Positions 38,520-53,387 of a stretch of DNA of 64,000 nt are shown piece by piece (positions within the stretch are counted from its first letter, which is position 1; each line of letters opens with the position of its first letter). The notes under the pieces were generated by a model that saw only the letters and a program-made list of their open reading frames with translations, ran no database searches and was not told where the DNA came from. Position numbers and translations under genes: made by a program. The stretch comes from Octopus vulgaris (taxonomy: Eukaryota), in assembly GCA_951406725.2 (NCBI GenBank), contig OX597816.1, positions 5,332,001 through 5,396,000 on the forward strand. Reading direction: 5' to 3'.

Positions 38520-38912
38520 AGGCGGCGAGCTGGCAGAAACGTTAGCACACCGGGTAAAATGCTTAGCGGTATTTCGGCTGCCGTAACGTTGCGCGTTCAA
38601 ATTCCGCCGAGGTTGACTTTGCCTTTCATCCTTTCGGGGTCGATAAATTAAGCACCAGTTAGGCACTGGGGTCGATGTAATCGACTTAATACCTATGTTT
38701 GTTTCCTCTATGTTTAGCCCCTTGTGGGTAATAAAGAAATAGATATTTCGTCTGTCTTTACGTTCTGTGTTCAAATTCTGTCGAGGTCGACTTTGCCTTT
38801 CATCCTTTAGGGGTCGCTAAATTATGTACCAGTTGTGTACTGGGGTCGATCTAATCGACTGGTCCCCGCCCAAAAATTTTCGGGCCTTGTGCCTAGAGTA
38901 GAAAAGGATTAA
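38520..38912 (+). mobile_element. SINE family A dimer (tail 1 internal, tail 2 terminal)
   Basis: Head-body-tail1-body-..CTTGTGCCTAGAGTAGAAAAGGATT. Confidence 0.9.
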
Positions 38913-39039
38913 TATTGATGTCTAAAAGAAAACTTTCGCGGTTAAAACACAAGAGAAAATCATTGAAGATTCTTTCCGTTCACGTTGATAGATTTTCAAA
39001 GTTAACAATAACAGTTTTCCAATACAACCTTTAATGTTT

Positions 39040-39243
39040 TATTTGTTTCACTCATTAGACTGCGGCCATGCTGGTGCACCACCTTGAGGAATCATTGTCA
39101 AAACGAATCACACTCAGTGCCTTTTTTTAAAGTCCAGTGACTATTCTGTCGGTTTCCTTTGCCTCACTAAGCTATCAGGATGTAAACACACCAATACCGG
39201 TTGTCAAGCAGTGGTGGGGGACAAACACAGACACAGACACACA

Positions 39244-39285
<42 letters not shown>

Positions 39286-39340
39286 TATACATATATACGC
39301 CAGGCTTCTTTCAGTTTCCATCAACCAGATCCACTCACAC
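39040..39340 (-). mobile_element. SINE family B, partial
   Basis: 3' two-thirds with internal (CA)n. Confidence 0.75.
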
Positions 39341-39729
39341 GTCTTTGTATACTTATTATTAACTAATGTTCCAGCTCTAACAGCTTTTTACCATTGAAAA
39401 TCCCCAAAATTCGAGGATTTTAATCAAAAGATAAGATTTTAACAATTGCAGCCACACTTGGAAAATCTAAGCTGATCGAAGAGAGTTCATCATTGCTGAT
39501 TGGGTTCAGTCAATACAAAATCCCTGACAACAGAAGACAATTCTTTAGATTATCAAATGGTGACTTTGCCATTTTCTATTCAAGAAGAGTGGATAAATAA
39601 ACAACTGTTCACCCTTTATTGTGTGTTAGTAGATTTAGTTGCTAATGCTACCGAGCCGAGTGACTATGGGACAGCTCATCCATCAGCGCTGATCTATGGA
39701 TATAGGTATGTAAAACTAGTTACAATATT

Positions 39730-40300
39730 CTTTCCTACGCACAAGGCCCGTAATTTTTGGGGAGGGGAGCTGTCGATTAGATCGACCCCAGTACGCAACA
39801 ACTACTTAATTTATCGACCCTGAAAGGATGAAAGGCAATGTCCGCCCTCGGCGGAATTTGAACGCAAAACGTAAAGACAGACAACTAGTTACAATATTAT
39901 ATGCGTTAAGAAGGCAACGAGCTGACAGAATCGTTAGCAGGCCGGGCAAATGCTTAGCAGCATTTCGTCCACCTTAGCGTTCTGAGTTCAAATGCTGCCA
40001 AGGTCGACAGTCGAGCTCTGGGGTCGATGTAATTGGTTACACTCATCGCGCCAAAATTTAAGGCCCTGTGCCTAGAGTCGACAGGAACATCACATACATA
40101 AAGGAGACAGCTTACTGGCAGAATCGTTAAACCATCGGACGAAAAGCTTAGTGGCATGTCTTCCGGCTCTGAGTTCAAATTCCGCCGAGATCGACTACGC
40201 CTTTTGTCCTTCCGGGGTAGATAAAATAAGTACCAATTGAGCACTGGAGTCGATAAAGCCTATCGACCCTCAACATTGCTAGCTTTGTTCTGAAATTATA
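39730..40300. mobile_element. Cluster of three family A SINEs: 39730-39882 (-), 39912-40085 (+), 40105-40300 (+)
   Basis: Family A bodies; the first has a 16-bp TSD AACTAGTTACAATATT. Confidence 0.8.
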
Positions 40301-40307
40301 AACAATA

Positions 40308-40705
40308 GGCGCAGGAGTGGCTGTGTGGTAAGTAGCTTGCTAACCAACCACATGGTTCCGGGTTCAGTCCCACTGCGTGGCATCTTGGGCGAGTGTCTTC
40401 TACTATAGCCTCGGGCCGACCAAAGCCTTGTGAGTGGATTTGGTAGACGAAAACTGAAAGAAGCCCGTCGTATATATGTATATATATATATGTGTGTGTG
40501 TGTCTGTGTTTGTCCCCCTAGCATTGCTTGACAACCGATGCTGGTGTGTTTACGTCCCCGTTACTTAGCGGTTCGGCAAAAAGAGACCGATAGAATAAGT
40601 ACTGGGCTTACAAAAGAATAAGTCCCGGGGTCGAGTTGCTCGACTAAAGGCGGTGCTCCAGCATGGCCGCAGTCAAATGACTGAAACAAGTAAAAGAGTA
40701 AAATG
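40308..40705 (+). mobile_element. SINE family B, young full-length copy
   Basis: A-box-like TGGCTGTGTGG, B-box-like GGTTCAGTCC, internal microsatellite, GTAAAAGA tail. Confidence 0.92.
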
Positions 40706-41243
40706 AGAGAGAGTAATATGAAATACGTAACGTTAAACACTGCTTAGTAACTGGTAAAAGATTATTAATTTATTCACCTGTGTGCTGTTATTCGTTACTT
40801 TCAATTAACATGGTCATTAGGAAAAATACCGTTGGGATATTGGGCATTAAATCTGTTGAACCGGCATGCACAATTTGTCAACTTCGAAGCAGGGAGGAAA
40901 ACGAACGTTAATTCAATTATACATAAGTTATGCATTTGATTAAACATTAATGACGATATAAGGAAAAAGGCTAGAAAATGTTCAGTAATTTCTTGTACAC
41001 GAAATTGCAGTAATTTATTGATAAAAATTAATGAAATGCAAGAATCAAATTAATTGTCGTCTGCGCTTCAAATACAAAATGACATTTTTTTCAATAGCTT
41101 GCAACATCGAGCATGTTGCAATGGAAAGAACAACAAGTATATTTTTGTATCAATTTGTTCACATTTATTATTTATACGCTTGTTATAGAAAATAGTTTGC
41201 GACAAACGTGAGTCTTTCGTGTAAGGCAACCGTAGAAACGTCG

Positions 41244-41660
41244 AAGGCGACGGGCTGGCAGAAACGTTAGCACGCCGGGCGAAATGCGTAGCCGTATTTC
41301 GTCTGCCGTTACGTTCTGAGTTCAAATTCCGCCGAGATCGACTTTGCCTTTCATCGCTTCGGGGTCGATAAATTAAGTACCAGTTACGCACTGGGGTCGA
41401 AGTAATCGACTTAATACCTATGTCTGTCCTTGTTTGTACCCTCTGTGTTTAGCCCCTTGTGGGTAGTAAAGAAATAGGTATTTCGTCTGCCCCTACGTTC
41501 TGAGTTCAAATTCCGCCGAGGTCGACTTCGCCTTTCATCCTTTCGGGGTCGATAAATTAAGTAGCAGTTACGCACTGGGGTCGATGTAATTGACTTAATC
41601 CATTTGTCTGTCCTTGTTTGTCCTCTCTGTGTTTAGCCCCTTGTGGGTAGTAAAGAAATT
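41244..41660 (+). mobile_element. SINE family A dimer
   Basis: TSD GCWACCGTAGAAACGTCG at 41226-41243 and 41661-41678. Confidence 0.92.
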
Positions 41661-42002
41661 GCTACCGTAGAAACGTCGGCAGCAAGACGTTGGATAAGCA
41701 ACGAGGTGGAGGAATCCAAGACAAGCTGTTTGAAGGTTATTGCGGCCAAGTGGACCATCTTTACTATCAGACAATGGTTGGGTGTCAACTAGCAAGTGAG
41801 CTACTATTGTGAGGCTGCCTCATCATCGATAGAGTTCGTTGCACTCTTGTACACCAATCGGTGTCTGGCGTGGAGGCCCAGAGAAGCAGGCTGGTTGGCG
41901 GGACGACGTCAATTGCCTCACTAACCATCCAAGGCGTTTTGTTCAGAATCTGAACAGAACAGTCAACGTCCACCTGCCACGGATAACCGCCGCCGCCGCT
42001 GC

Positions 42003-42041
<39 letters not shown>

Positions 42042-42767
42042 ATGCTACTACTGCTGCTGCTACCATGAATTATTCATGTTAAATATACTTTATATTAAAT
42101 AACTGGAATCCCAGACGCTGCCCAAGGAAAATTCGTTAATGGAAGAATCGTGAGATCATTTGACAAAAATCCCCTGCGATACTGGTTCCAGAATTTTGAG
42201 TTCTGAGTTCAAATCATGCGGCGGTTGACTGTGCTTTATTTTTCGGGGTTCAATGAAATAAAGAACCAGTCGTGTACCAGGGTCGATTTAACCGACTTCC
42301 GAACTTTATCAAAATACAATATGCTACAACAAGATACAGAAGAGCCGAAGACTTTTCAAGTAACTCCTAATATAATTTTCGATGTAGAACCAGCTTAATT
42401 AGAAAGATCCTGCACTAATGAGCTTAGGGGTTACCAACGAAATAAATACACCAATCCCTGCAAGTACCCAAGGAGGACTGAAACTGAAAATTGGTTACCC
42501 AAAAGTTGAAAGTTCTGAACACATAGATTATCGACTGAGACGAGCCAATGAGAGAGCCTGTACGCGGTTCATCCACCATCTAAAAATAGCAGCCAAAACC
42601 TCCCCCATATCATACTCTAGCATTCTGAGGGAAAAAGAAATTGGACAATGTAGTTTTTGGTCTATAAGAAATCACGACGGTCACGGTTAGAAAGCTTCCG
42701 AGCAAAGGTCTGCTCAGTACAGTTTACACCGACAACGATAGTAACAACTTCATCGTTTAGACATCTT

Positions 42768-43198
42768 ATTTCTTTATTTCTTTATTGCCCACAAGGGGCT
42801 AAACACAGAGAGGACGAACAAGTTCAGGCAAACGGATTAAGTCGATTACATCGACCCCAGTGCGTTACTGGTGCTTAATTTATCGACCCCGAAAGGATGA
42901 AAGGCAAAGACGACCTCGGCGAAATTTGAACTCAGAACGTACCGGCAGACGAAATACCTATTTCTTTACTACATACAGTAGGTTCGTTCTTTCGACACAG
43001 AGAGGACAAACAAGGACAGACAAACGGATTAAGTCGATTACATCGACCCCGGTGCGTAACTGGTATTTAATTTATCGACCCCGAAAGGATGAAAGGCAAA
43101 GTCGACCTCGGCGGAATTTGAACTCAGAAGGTAACGGCAGACCAAATACCTCTAAGCATTTCGCCCGGCATGCTAACGTTTCTGCCAGCTCGCCGCCT
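42768..43198 (-). mobile_element. SINE family A dimer
   Basis: TSD TCGTTTAGACAT at 42753 and 43201. Confidence 0.9.
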
Positions 43199-44280
43199 TT
43201 TCGTTTAGACATATTTGCCACGTTGAACAGCAGAGGAGTACAGTTCAAAGTCTGAAATAAAATGAATGTCAATCTCATTCAGTTCCTTGAAGGACGAGTT
43301 TGCATTTATATATATTTGTAAACTGGTTTGGCCTGACATATATGCGAGTTGAAAGGCATGGATCACCAGGGGATTTATCGAGTGTACGAAGTATGAAGTT
43401 GGATGGAAAATGGAAAGCAAATGTATAGGTTTTCTCCGCAGATATTCTCTTTTCAAGGCCACTTAGTTGGCGATAGACTTTTAATGTTAAAATTGACAAT
43501 GTATTGTTTTTCAGTTGCTATACATATCTTGAGATGGTTGTGACCCACATTATTTTCGCAACTGTTGGTGGATTTCGTGGTGTTGCTATCCGTGTTTAAA
43601 ATTGTTTTCACTCATACCAGTGTAAGAAAAATTTTGTGTTACTGCTACCCACTGAAGATTTTACATTCAGCTCACAAATATAAAACTTTTGTAAAGCCTT
43701 TTTATTTAGAGGACAGGACATTTGTTTTATTCCTGTATGGTATTGTACAATGTAATCTTGTTTAATATCAGTTTTTTTTTTTTACTTATTTCTGAAGATA
43801 GGCTTATCACACCGAACGGTTTAAAATCACTTCTTGGATCATAGACTTATTTTGAGAAGTTCACTTGGTTGCAGGCAACTTGGACCTTACTCCCGACATC
43901 GCGGTATCGGTATCATACCATGTAACATACTCTTATTTTCTAAACGTTTCTAGATTCTAAAAGAAATCGCAAATTTCGTTTACCAATTCTCCAGCCCAGG
44001 CCAGACAATAATCCAAACCAGACACTGCAAATCGAGTTTTGCAGACACGTAAAAGATGCACATCCTCTTATCCTCTGAGACCCAGATCCCTCAGCTTTTA
44101 TGCAAACCATATCACTACTTTTGAAGACTTCTTCATTTAAATATTCTTCAGGTAATTCCCAGTCAAAAGATGATCCCCAACAAATGCAGTGACCAGGAAA
44201 CAATCGTAAAACAACTGGATACTTAGAATATATAATAAGGTCAATTTATATATATTTTCATTTAAATGAAAAAAAATATA

Positions 44281-44399
44281 ACATGGTTGCGGGTTCAGTC
44301 CCACTGCATGGCATCTTGGGTGTCTTCTGCTATAGCCCTGGGCCGACCAATGCCTTGTGAGTGGATTTGGTAGACGGAAACTGAAAGAAGCCTGTCGTA

Positions 44400-44444
<45 letters not shown>

Positions 44445-44660
44445 TTGTGTGTCTGTGTTTGTTCCCCTAGCATTGCTTGACAACCGATGCTGGTGTATTT
44501 ACGTCCCCGTCACTTAGCGGTTCGGCAAAAGAGATCGATAGAATAAGTACTGGGCTTACAAAGAATAAGTCCCGGGGTCGATTTGCTCGACTAAAGGCGG
44601 TGCTCCAGCATGGCCGCAGTCAAATGACTGAAACAAGTAAAAGAGTAAAAGAGTAAAGAG
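44281..44660 (+). mobile_element. SINE family B, 5'-truncated
   Basis: Match to 40330-40705. Confidence 0.9.
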
Positions 44661-45057
44661 TAATAGTTACAATAACTCGAGTATTTCTGTTTCAGGACAC
44701 GATTACAGATACAGTTGAAGAAGCTCATGAGACATGAAGTGATATAAAGAGAGTGCAGTGGCGGGCCTGTCCTGGGCACCCTGCGGCTGAGACGAACTTC
44801 CATCTGGTGGAACACAGTTAAAGCGAACGACAAGTTTGTAACGCGTTGTTCGGTGCCGTTTAGTGCTGGTGTGAAAATCTTTTCGCTCAGGAAATTTACG
44901 TTTATTGATTTTTGGTGCCTGGTCTGAAGAGAGCTGTTCGTTCGGACATGTAAGGTGAAGTAAAGTTGTGAACATTAACTATAAACTATATAAAATATTT
45001 ACTTCGCTTAACAGGTTGAATAATCTTTAATCTGTTCGTTACATAATGTGATTACCT

Positions 45058-45745
<688 letters not shown>

Positions 45746-46439
45746 TTTTTATAGTATTTATGAACTCCGAGACTAGATTCCAATCACTTCTCTCCTGAAA
45801 TTCTTTATGTTGCAAATGATTTCACGTCCTCCAGCAAAAGCACCATATAACCTTCATCTCTCTCATAGTTATGGTTGCGAAGATTAAAGATGATGGCTCT
45901 CTTTAAACTTTATTTTTCTTGAGTAGACGCCATGTTTGCGACGTGGCGAAGGAGGACGCCGCATGACGGTTGACTGCAATCGAAAGACAAGCGATTCGAT
46001 GTTATGATACGAACGATTCCTGTTTATACCACTTCAACATCTCTCTGCCATTCCTCTCAGCTGTTCCAAGCATCTCAAGCATTATTTTAAATATTATTAT
46101 TATCGGCGGGTACTAAAGGTAAGGAAGGTTTTTCTTGAGATGGAAAGTTTCTTACGGCAAAGAGAGAATAAAAAAAAAAAACACAAAAGAATATGTCGGT
46201 CGCGATATTGGATTTGTATTTTACGTTTATTGGCGAATCGATGGATTTTTACCGAACGTCTGCAATAGATAAATTGAATTGCTTAACGATATGGCGACAT
46301 GACGAAATGGTGATATGGTCGTACTTGTGTGTATCCATGGAATTGGTTTCGGAATTATTGGTTTTATTTCACATACTTTATACATGTCCATATACATATC
46401 AATGTAACATATATATATATATACATACACATACATACA

Positions 46440-46506
<67 letters not shown>

Positions 46507-46802
46507 TACAGGTGTGTATATATTTGTGTGTATGTATGTATTGATTTATGCACGGGTGTAGGTAGGTAGGTAGGTAGATGGTTGGGTAGGTAGGTATATT
46601 GGTTTGGTGATGCAAAGAGGAAAGTAGAGCTCAAGTGAAGTAAATATATATTTTTTAATAAAAACAGCCAAAAGTCATAGAATGACTCAAGAACCGAAAG
46701 TTTTGTGCGTCGACACTTATCGAACAATGCACGAAACTCTCAATCCTTCAGCTACTCTGTAACTTCTGCAGATTAATAATGATGATGATGATAATAATAA
46801 TA

Positions 46803-46852
<50 letters not shown>

Positions 46853-46855
46853 TAA

Positions 46856-47388
46856 TGGAATAACAACAGAAAAAAGATGGTGTAGGCACACACCAGAAAA
46901 GGTCACAGAAAGCGAGAAAGCAACCATACTCTGGGATATGCCGATACACACAGATAGAGAAATTAAGGCCAACAGACCAGATATAGTTGTCAGAGATCAT
47001 GAAGAAAAAAATGCTTTCTAATTGATGTATCAATACCAGCAGATGACAACGTGTCTCAAAAAGAAATGGAGAAACTTTCAAAATACAAAGACCTGGAAAT
47101 AGAGGTAACCAGAATGTGGAATCTAAAAACAGAAACAATTCCTATCATAGTAGGTACACTAGGCATGATAAAAAATATTCAGACAAGTACATAACAAAAA
47201 CACCAGGACTTACAAACACATATAACATACAGAAAATTGCACTACTAGGCACTGCACACATCCTACGCAGAACACTTTCCATACAATAACCATCAGAGCC
47301 TCACAACAAATCACAGCACATACCCAAAGCACACAGAGCTGCGCTCGGTAGTGAAGTGAAAGCACGCTATAAAAAATAAAACTACTGA
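46856..47388 (+). mobile_element. R4/Dong-like LINE 3' fragment inside (AAT)n
   Basis: RHTPEKVTESEKATILWDMPIHTDREIKANRPDIVV../CFLIDVSIPADDNVSQKEMEKLSKYKDL..IPIIVGTLG..QKIALLGTAHILRRTLSIQ*, with one frameshift; (AAT)n on both sides. Confidence 0.92.
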
Positions 47389-47409
47389 ATAATAATAATA
47401 ATAATAATT

Positions 47410-47515
47410 CTTTCTGGGCTAGGGGCGTACATTGACTGGTAATAGGCCATACGGTTTCATCATTTTGTCCACAATTCTGCACTTATCACTTTCTGATGTG
47501 TTGTCTATTCTCTTA
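47410..47515 (-). mobile_element. R4/Dong-like CCHC zinc-knuckle fragment
   Basis: RIDNTSESDKCRI/CGQNDETVWPITSQCTPLAQKE. Confidence 0.7.
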
Positions 47516-48174
47516 ATGCTTGCTCCTCCTCCTCCTCTTCTTCTTCTTCTTCTTCTTCTTCTTCTTCTTCTTCTTCTTCGGATCCATTTAATCCTCTTAC
47601 ACTTTTCCTTCTATGGTGGGTGTGGTAGTGGACCTGGAGGGCTCGAGTTGAGGCAATTCCCGTTCAAGTGACCATCCCGGTTCGTATTCAGAGAAGAGAT
47701 TGTGCCAGTGGATGATCTTCGACTTCAGGCTGGCTCTCTCTTGGGGTAAACGCTTCCAGATTAACCACAAGTCAAGCGATTTGGTATACTGTTATAGTTT
47801 TCCTTTTTGTTTCGTAAGATATATTTGTGCCACATTAAAATTATTAGTACTGGGCCTTGTATTGTGGAAGATGTAGAGACGGTCGTTGTCTCTGCCACTA
47901 TTGTCGACATTAATACCATCACAGTAATTTTAACGTTGCTATTACAGCACTGCTCAACGTTACTTACCACCAATAGAGCTTTGATTTGTATCGTTGTGTC
48001 TAACCTTTGCAGGCGACAGTATAAACATTATTTATTTAAATCTGCCATCTTTGCTCTTACTACTGTGTGGTATTATTAAATGATGTTTAGTTTCGACTTT
48101 TGCCTTGTACTTGAGATAATCATAAATATGTGAGGGTTGCAGGGAATAGTAGGAGGAAGAGAAGCAGTTTGGTG

Positions 48175-48500
48175 AATAGACCAAATTCCACAGGTCTCAT
48201 GCAGGAAGTGCAAAAGACTGTCTTAACTGGTACGTCACACGTACTGAGAAGAGCATTGTCACTATGAATTTTCTTTCCTTTTTTCACCTCTGTTTTCTTC
48301 TCTTATTTTTTTTCCTTTTTTCTTTTTTCCTTCTTCTCTCTGTCTTTCTTCCTCCTCTTCCCTGTCACATGACTTTGTAAACGAACAATCTGGTGTCTTT
48401 ATTTTAGTGTTCTAGGAATGTAGACGGTGAGTTTCCCTGCCCTAGGTGTCAGGAGGATACTCGGCAAGAAATAGAAATGGAATTGAAAGATGAACAAAGA
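48175..48500 (+). mobile_element. R4/Dong-like LINE extreme 3' end plus UTR
   Basis: MQEVQKTVLTGTSHVLRRALSL*. The UTR end CTGCCCTAGGTGT..ACTCGGC is shared with 60600-60670. Confidence 0.75.
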
Positions 48501-48502
48501 TA

Positions 48503-48735
48503 TATTTCTTTACTACCCACAAGGGGTTAAACATAGGGAGGACAAACAAGGACAGACAAATGGATTAAGTCGATTACATCGACCCCAGTGCGTAACTGGT
48601 ACTTAATTTATCGACCCCGAAAGGATGATAGGCAAAGTCGACCTCGGTGGAATTTGAACTCAGAACGTAACGGCAGACGAAATACGGCTACGCATTTCGC
48701 CCGGCGCGCTAACGATTCTGCCAGCTCGCCGCCTT
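48503..48735 (-). mobile_element. SINE family A
   Basis: Full head, body and tail 1. Confidence 0.9.
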
Positions 48736-48756
48736 GAAAAAAGATAGTAATAATAA

Positions 48757-49255
48757 TGGTGCAGGTGTTGTTAGGTGGACAAAGAACGAGCCCGGGGAAA
48801 TGGACAGCAAAACTAGAAAGGTGATGACAATTAACAATAAACCACACCCAAAAAGCGACATTGACAGACTGTATGTGCCGAGGGACAAGGGATAAAAAGG
48901 CCTCATGTGATGCAAAATCTGTGTTGTCAACGAAAAGAACAGTCTGGGATGGTACATCAAACAACAGAGAGAATCCTTACTTGCTGTTGTTAGAATTTTC
49001 AATTCAATGCCTACCGAAAATGCGAAGCACCCACAAACATTTAAGAAACAAGATGTTCGGTAGCAAAAACGAAACAATCTTGCATATTGTGAGTCAGTGT
49101 AACAAGTTGGCCCAAAAGCACTACAGAAGGGGGCACGATAATGTGGCTAAGTTTGTTCATTGAAAGACTATGTGAAAAGTATAGCCTGAACAGAATACAG
49201 AAATGGTACGAACATGAACCAGAAGGAGTCACCGAGAACAAGGAATATAAGATAC
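48757..49255 (+). mobile_element. R4/Dong-like LINE internal fragment (RT thumb joined to CCHC region)
   Basis: AGVVRWTKNE..MDSKTRKVMT..HPKSDIDRLYVPRDKG*KGL, then NETILHIVSQCNKLAQKHYRRGHDNVAK and KWYEHEPEGVTEN. Confidence 0.88.
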
Positions 49256-49257
49256 AT

Positions 49258-49805
49258 TCATACATGGTGGCTGCCCCCTCGTTATCGAGTATGGTCATTG
49301 CACGAAGCTTAAACAATGTTGTTATCGTGCAATGCCTGTGCAAGAAGATTTTTTTAAAGTGAGGAAAGGCTGTGCACTGAGTCAATCCCACTCACTAAGC
49401 AACAGCAGCCATAATCCGAAAAGAAGAACAAGCCAACATCATCGGTAACCACTGAGCCGCAGGTTTTATGTCGGAATTATCCCAGTTACCTGAGTTACCT
49501 TCTCCTAGAAGGATGCCCTAACAAAGGCTAGGAGTCCTTCACTCCCAATGGTTTAACCACGTGATCGGGTATTCAGTCCGATTATTTCTATGTCCCCGCG
49601 CATGATACAGCCTTAAGCCTTAAGAAGAAAAAAAATATCTATTGGATGGCCGTTGACTCTCAAGAGTTCCTCCGTCCTTTGACGGGTTTTGTTTTTCATC
49701 CTGCAGAGTGTCCAATAAACACCCTCCTCACCAAGAGGGCTTGGTGGGATTGCCGGTTTAGTCGCCGACGATACGACTATGCAGCATGTTGTACTGGGTT
49801 ACATG
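49258..49805 (-). mobile_element. Probable RTE-related non-coding element
   Basis: Minus strand contains GCCTTTGTTAGGGCATCCTTCTAGGAGAAGGTAACTC, resembling RTE 5' UTR segments; flanked by (TACA)n-like repeats. Single copy in window. Confidence 0.4.
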
Positions 49806-51054
49806 TTACCAACATACACATATACATACATACACACTCACATACATACATACATACATGCATACATACATACATACATACATACATACATACATACATA
49901 CATACATACATACATACATACAAACATCTATACTGCCTAAGCACCAGTTTTATCAAAGCCAGAAAGGAGGAAGCTAATTAGAGGATTGCAGATTCAAGCC
50001 ATCAATGGAATTGTTAAAACTTGTAAAACTTTCCAAAAGTTTCACATTTAAATATATCTGACCATATCTAGCCATGCGACACCTGAGAATGCACACCTAA
50101 CACGAAATAAATATAAACCCGCACAGGAACTGACAGCAAATGTTATACACGTTCACACAAACATTCACAAATACCCTGATGATGTTGTTGAAATTCCAAT
50201 AAGAGAGCCTTGGCTATAGATTAGAAACTGGCCCTTTCTCTATTGGCAGGAAGTCATGAAATAAAACTGAATGATAACACACATACTCAAAGATATATAC
50301 ATATACATGCACACACACTCACTGACATATATACATACGTACGTACGTACGTACATACATACATAAATACATATATACATACATACATACATACATACAC
50401 ACACACATACATACATACGTACGTACGTACATACATACATACATACATACGTACGTACGTACATACATACATACATACATACATACATGCAAACAAATGC
50501 CCCAAGGTTATAATTGTGAAAGTGCAAGTGACTGAATCAGAGTTCGTGACCGGAAACGGAAACAATTACATCGCCATAGCCGCCATTAACAACACTTTGA
50601 CGTCCCTTCTCGTCTAATCACTTAATAATATTCTATACCATAAAATGTTAAAATGTTGACCATCTTCGACCTGGTCACTGACACAGTTCCACTGAACCTC
50701 TTGGAGATCAACTATTGACCAGTTTTTAAAGGTTTTGTGTCAGATGCTTCTTGCTTCCTTATTTTATTTTATGCCATTATCATACGAATTCCTTATATTT
50801 TTTTCGACTACATTTGAAATTCTTTACTACATCACGTTTTTTTACATATGGAAATGGTTAATGAGTTTCACATGTCAGTTTGGTCTTTGTGCAATTCTTT
50901 TGTGTTGCTTTCGGGTTTGAAACTGATAGCTTGGGTACATCTTTGATCTATGATTCTTTGAATTCTTTGAATCTATTCCAAATTCATCGGGCGTGTACGC
51001 TTGCACTTAGATCTACGAGCGATATCCTTTATGTCTCCATCTTTCTCTCTCGCA

Positions 51055-51091
<37 letters not shown>

Positions 51092-51612
51092 GTTGCCCAG
51101 CTATGTATTTATCTATCTCTATCTCACTCAGCCTTTAACTCGCGGACTTTGTTGTAGCTGAATAATAAGTGATGCCTTTGTACTTTTAACACGAGAATGC
51201 TTCCACCTGTGTCTGTGAAGAAACAAATATTTAAGTTCGGTAACTTCATGGGAAAATTATCGATTCTCTAATGGTAAGCTATTGATTTTCTCCTTATAAA
51301 ACGCTATATGTATTATCTGTTGAATCTCTCTGTGTATAGCACAGTCCCTTCTTGTGACTGACACCAAAGGAATGCACATCAAAGCTGTGAGAAATATCGA
51401 AAACCACTATTTACAGAGATACATGTTGATGCAGTTCTATATTTAGTTTAAAGGTTGGCTGACTCTGCCACTTGCTGTTGTACTAATGATTAAACATTGA
51501 TTAAAAAGTACTAATTAAGGACTGATAGATTTAATTGTAAAGTGGATCAACGTACAGTATACGTAATCCAACTTTACTTTCGCCAGTCAGATATTTTAAC
51601 TATCTTGATATA

Positions 51613-51760
51613 GGCGCAAGCGTAGCTGTATGGTAAGAAGTTTGCTTCCTATTCACATGAATCCGGGTTCAGTCCCACTATGTGACACCATGGGAAGTGT
51701 CTTTTATTTTACCCTTAGGCCGACCAAAGCCTTGTGAGTGGATTTGGTAGACGGGAATTA
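51613..51760 (+). mobile_element. SINE family B, 5' part
   Basis: Head through GGATTTGGTAGACGG. Confidence 0.8.
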
Positions 51761-51821
51761 AACGAATCCCGTGCTAGCGATTCTGCCAGCTCGCCACCCT
51801 ACAGTCATCATTATATATATA

Positions 51822-52206
51822 CTAGCAAGTATCGCCCGGCGTTGCTCAGGTTTGTTTCGACCCTTTAGAATTGGAATTTTTGAAAAGTAAAAGTTTTGCA
51901 TTATGTAGCTTGTTATTCTCTTTAAGTGAACATTTTTCTGGTTGAAATACACCGAAAAATGGCGACACAGCAGTCAAAAAATAGTAAAAAAGAGGGATTT
52001 TCATAGAAAAAAAGCACCTTTTTGATGTCAATAATTTTTGGCGTTAACATGGTCCGATTTGAATTTTTTCTTCTACGGAAGAAAGGGCAAGCCTTCTTCT
52101 ATCATACTCTCAATTTTGGTCAACTTGCGCCACAGGGTCTCGGAGGAGATAGTGTTAGTTGAAGGCTACTAAACCTGCCATACACAGACAACTTCAGCTT
52201 TATAGA
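51822..52206 (-). mobile_element. Non-autonomous Helitron (related termini, different interior)
   Basis: Same 3' hairpin plus CTAG|T as 34151-34551; 5' end approximately TCTATAAAG..GTTGTCTGTGT. Confidence 0.75.
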
Positions 52207-52984
52207 TATATTATATGGACGTTTTAATAGTAGAAACACAGTGCGCACCAGTCCAAACCACAATCGTAACTGAACAAAGAAAACGATAAAACGTTAACTA
52301 CAGGAAAGACTCCTTACCACCTGCCTCAATGGCCATATATAAAACATGAGAGGTTCTTCTGCTGCTGCCTGTATTACAGCGATATATTTCACGTTGGCAG
52401 ACATTGTTTGAGCTCCATATTTTGGCCCTCGATTCACAGTACATACTTCATCTTGAGTTGTAGTCGATATATTGTAGGATCGATTAAAAGTGTCGATATA
52501 TTAGTATCGAATTAATATTATCTATTGCCCCCTCCCTCGTACATAGGCGAAAAATTGATAAAGCCGTTGGAGCGTCAAATAAAAAGAATCGTTCACAGCA
52601 TTCATTTTGATTGTCGACGTTCTGCGTTCGAGTTCCTCTGAAGTCAACATTGCCTTTTATCTTTTCGTGATGGACAAACAACTTATAAATCTACAAGTAA
52701 GGTCAATCTCTTTCACACTCTTACAACACTCTCTCATTCCTATCTATTTCTCTTTATCCGGATTCTACCTCTAATGCAAATGTCCCTCCTCTCCCCGCCT
52801 CACTCACCATCACCCTCATTTTGCTTATCTGCGTCTCAAATTCCACCAATGTCAACTTTACCTGTCTTCCTTCCAGGGTCGATAAATAATGTACGAATCC
52901 AGATATAGACTTAATATCTTCTCCTTTACTCCTCTCCATCATTCCTCTGTCTCTCCATACTCTCTACTCTCCCCCCTTTTCTTC

Positions 52985-53023
<39 letters not shown>

Positions 53024-53154
53024 AGGTTCTACCTCTAATTCAACTGTTCCCCTTACCTCACACACACAGTCACACGCATCCAGATCATCAGCCTTCTGTG
53101 TTCGAACCTCACCGAGGTCAACTTTGCCTTTCATTCTTTCAGCTTCAGTAGATA

Positions 53155-53330
53155 TTTCTTCTGTACTCTAGGCACAAGGCCCAAAATTTGGGCGGAGGGG
53201 CCCAGTCGATTAGATCAACCCCGATACGCAACTGGTACTTAATTTATCGACTCAGAAAGAATGAAAGACAAAGTCGACCTCGGCAGGATTTGAACTTTGA
53301 ACGTAAAGACAGGGTCAGTAAATACTGTAC
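53155..53330 (-). mobile_element. SINE family A with tail 2
   Basis: Body plus CTTGTGCCTAGAGTACAG. Confidence 0.8.
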
Positions 53331-53350
53331 CAATCTAATCGTAGGATTAT

Positions 53351-53387
<37 letters not shown>

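Noticed and set aside
41680-42000. Possible RTE C-terminal relic (similar hints at 31690-32150 and 54060-54300)
   Set aside because: Only faint motif similarity (WRDDV, YAP); too degenerate to support without a search.
50170-50245. Hammerhead-like CTGATGA...GAAAC
   Set aside because: No NUH triplet in register and no convincing stem I or II.
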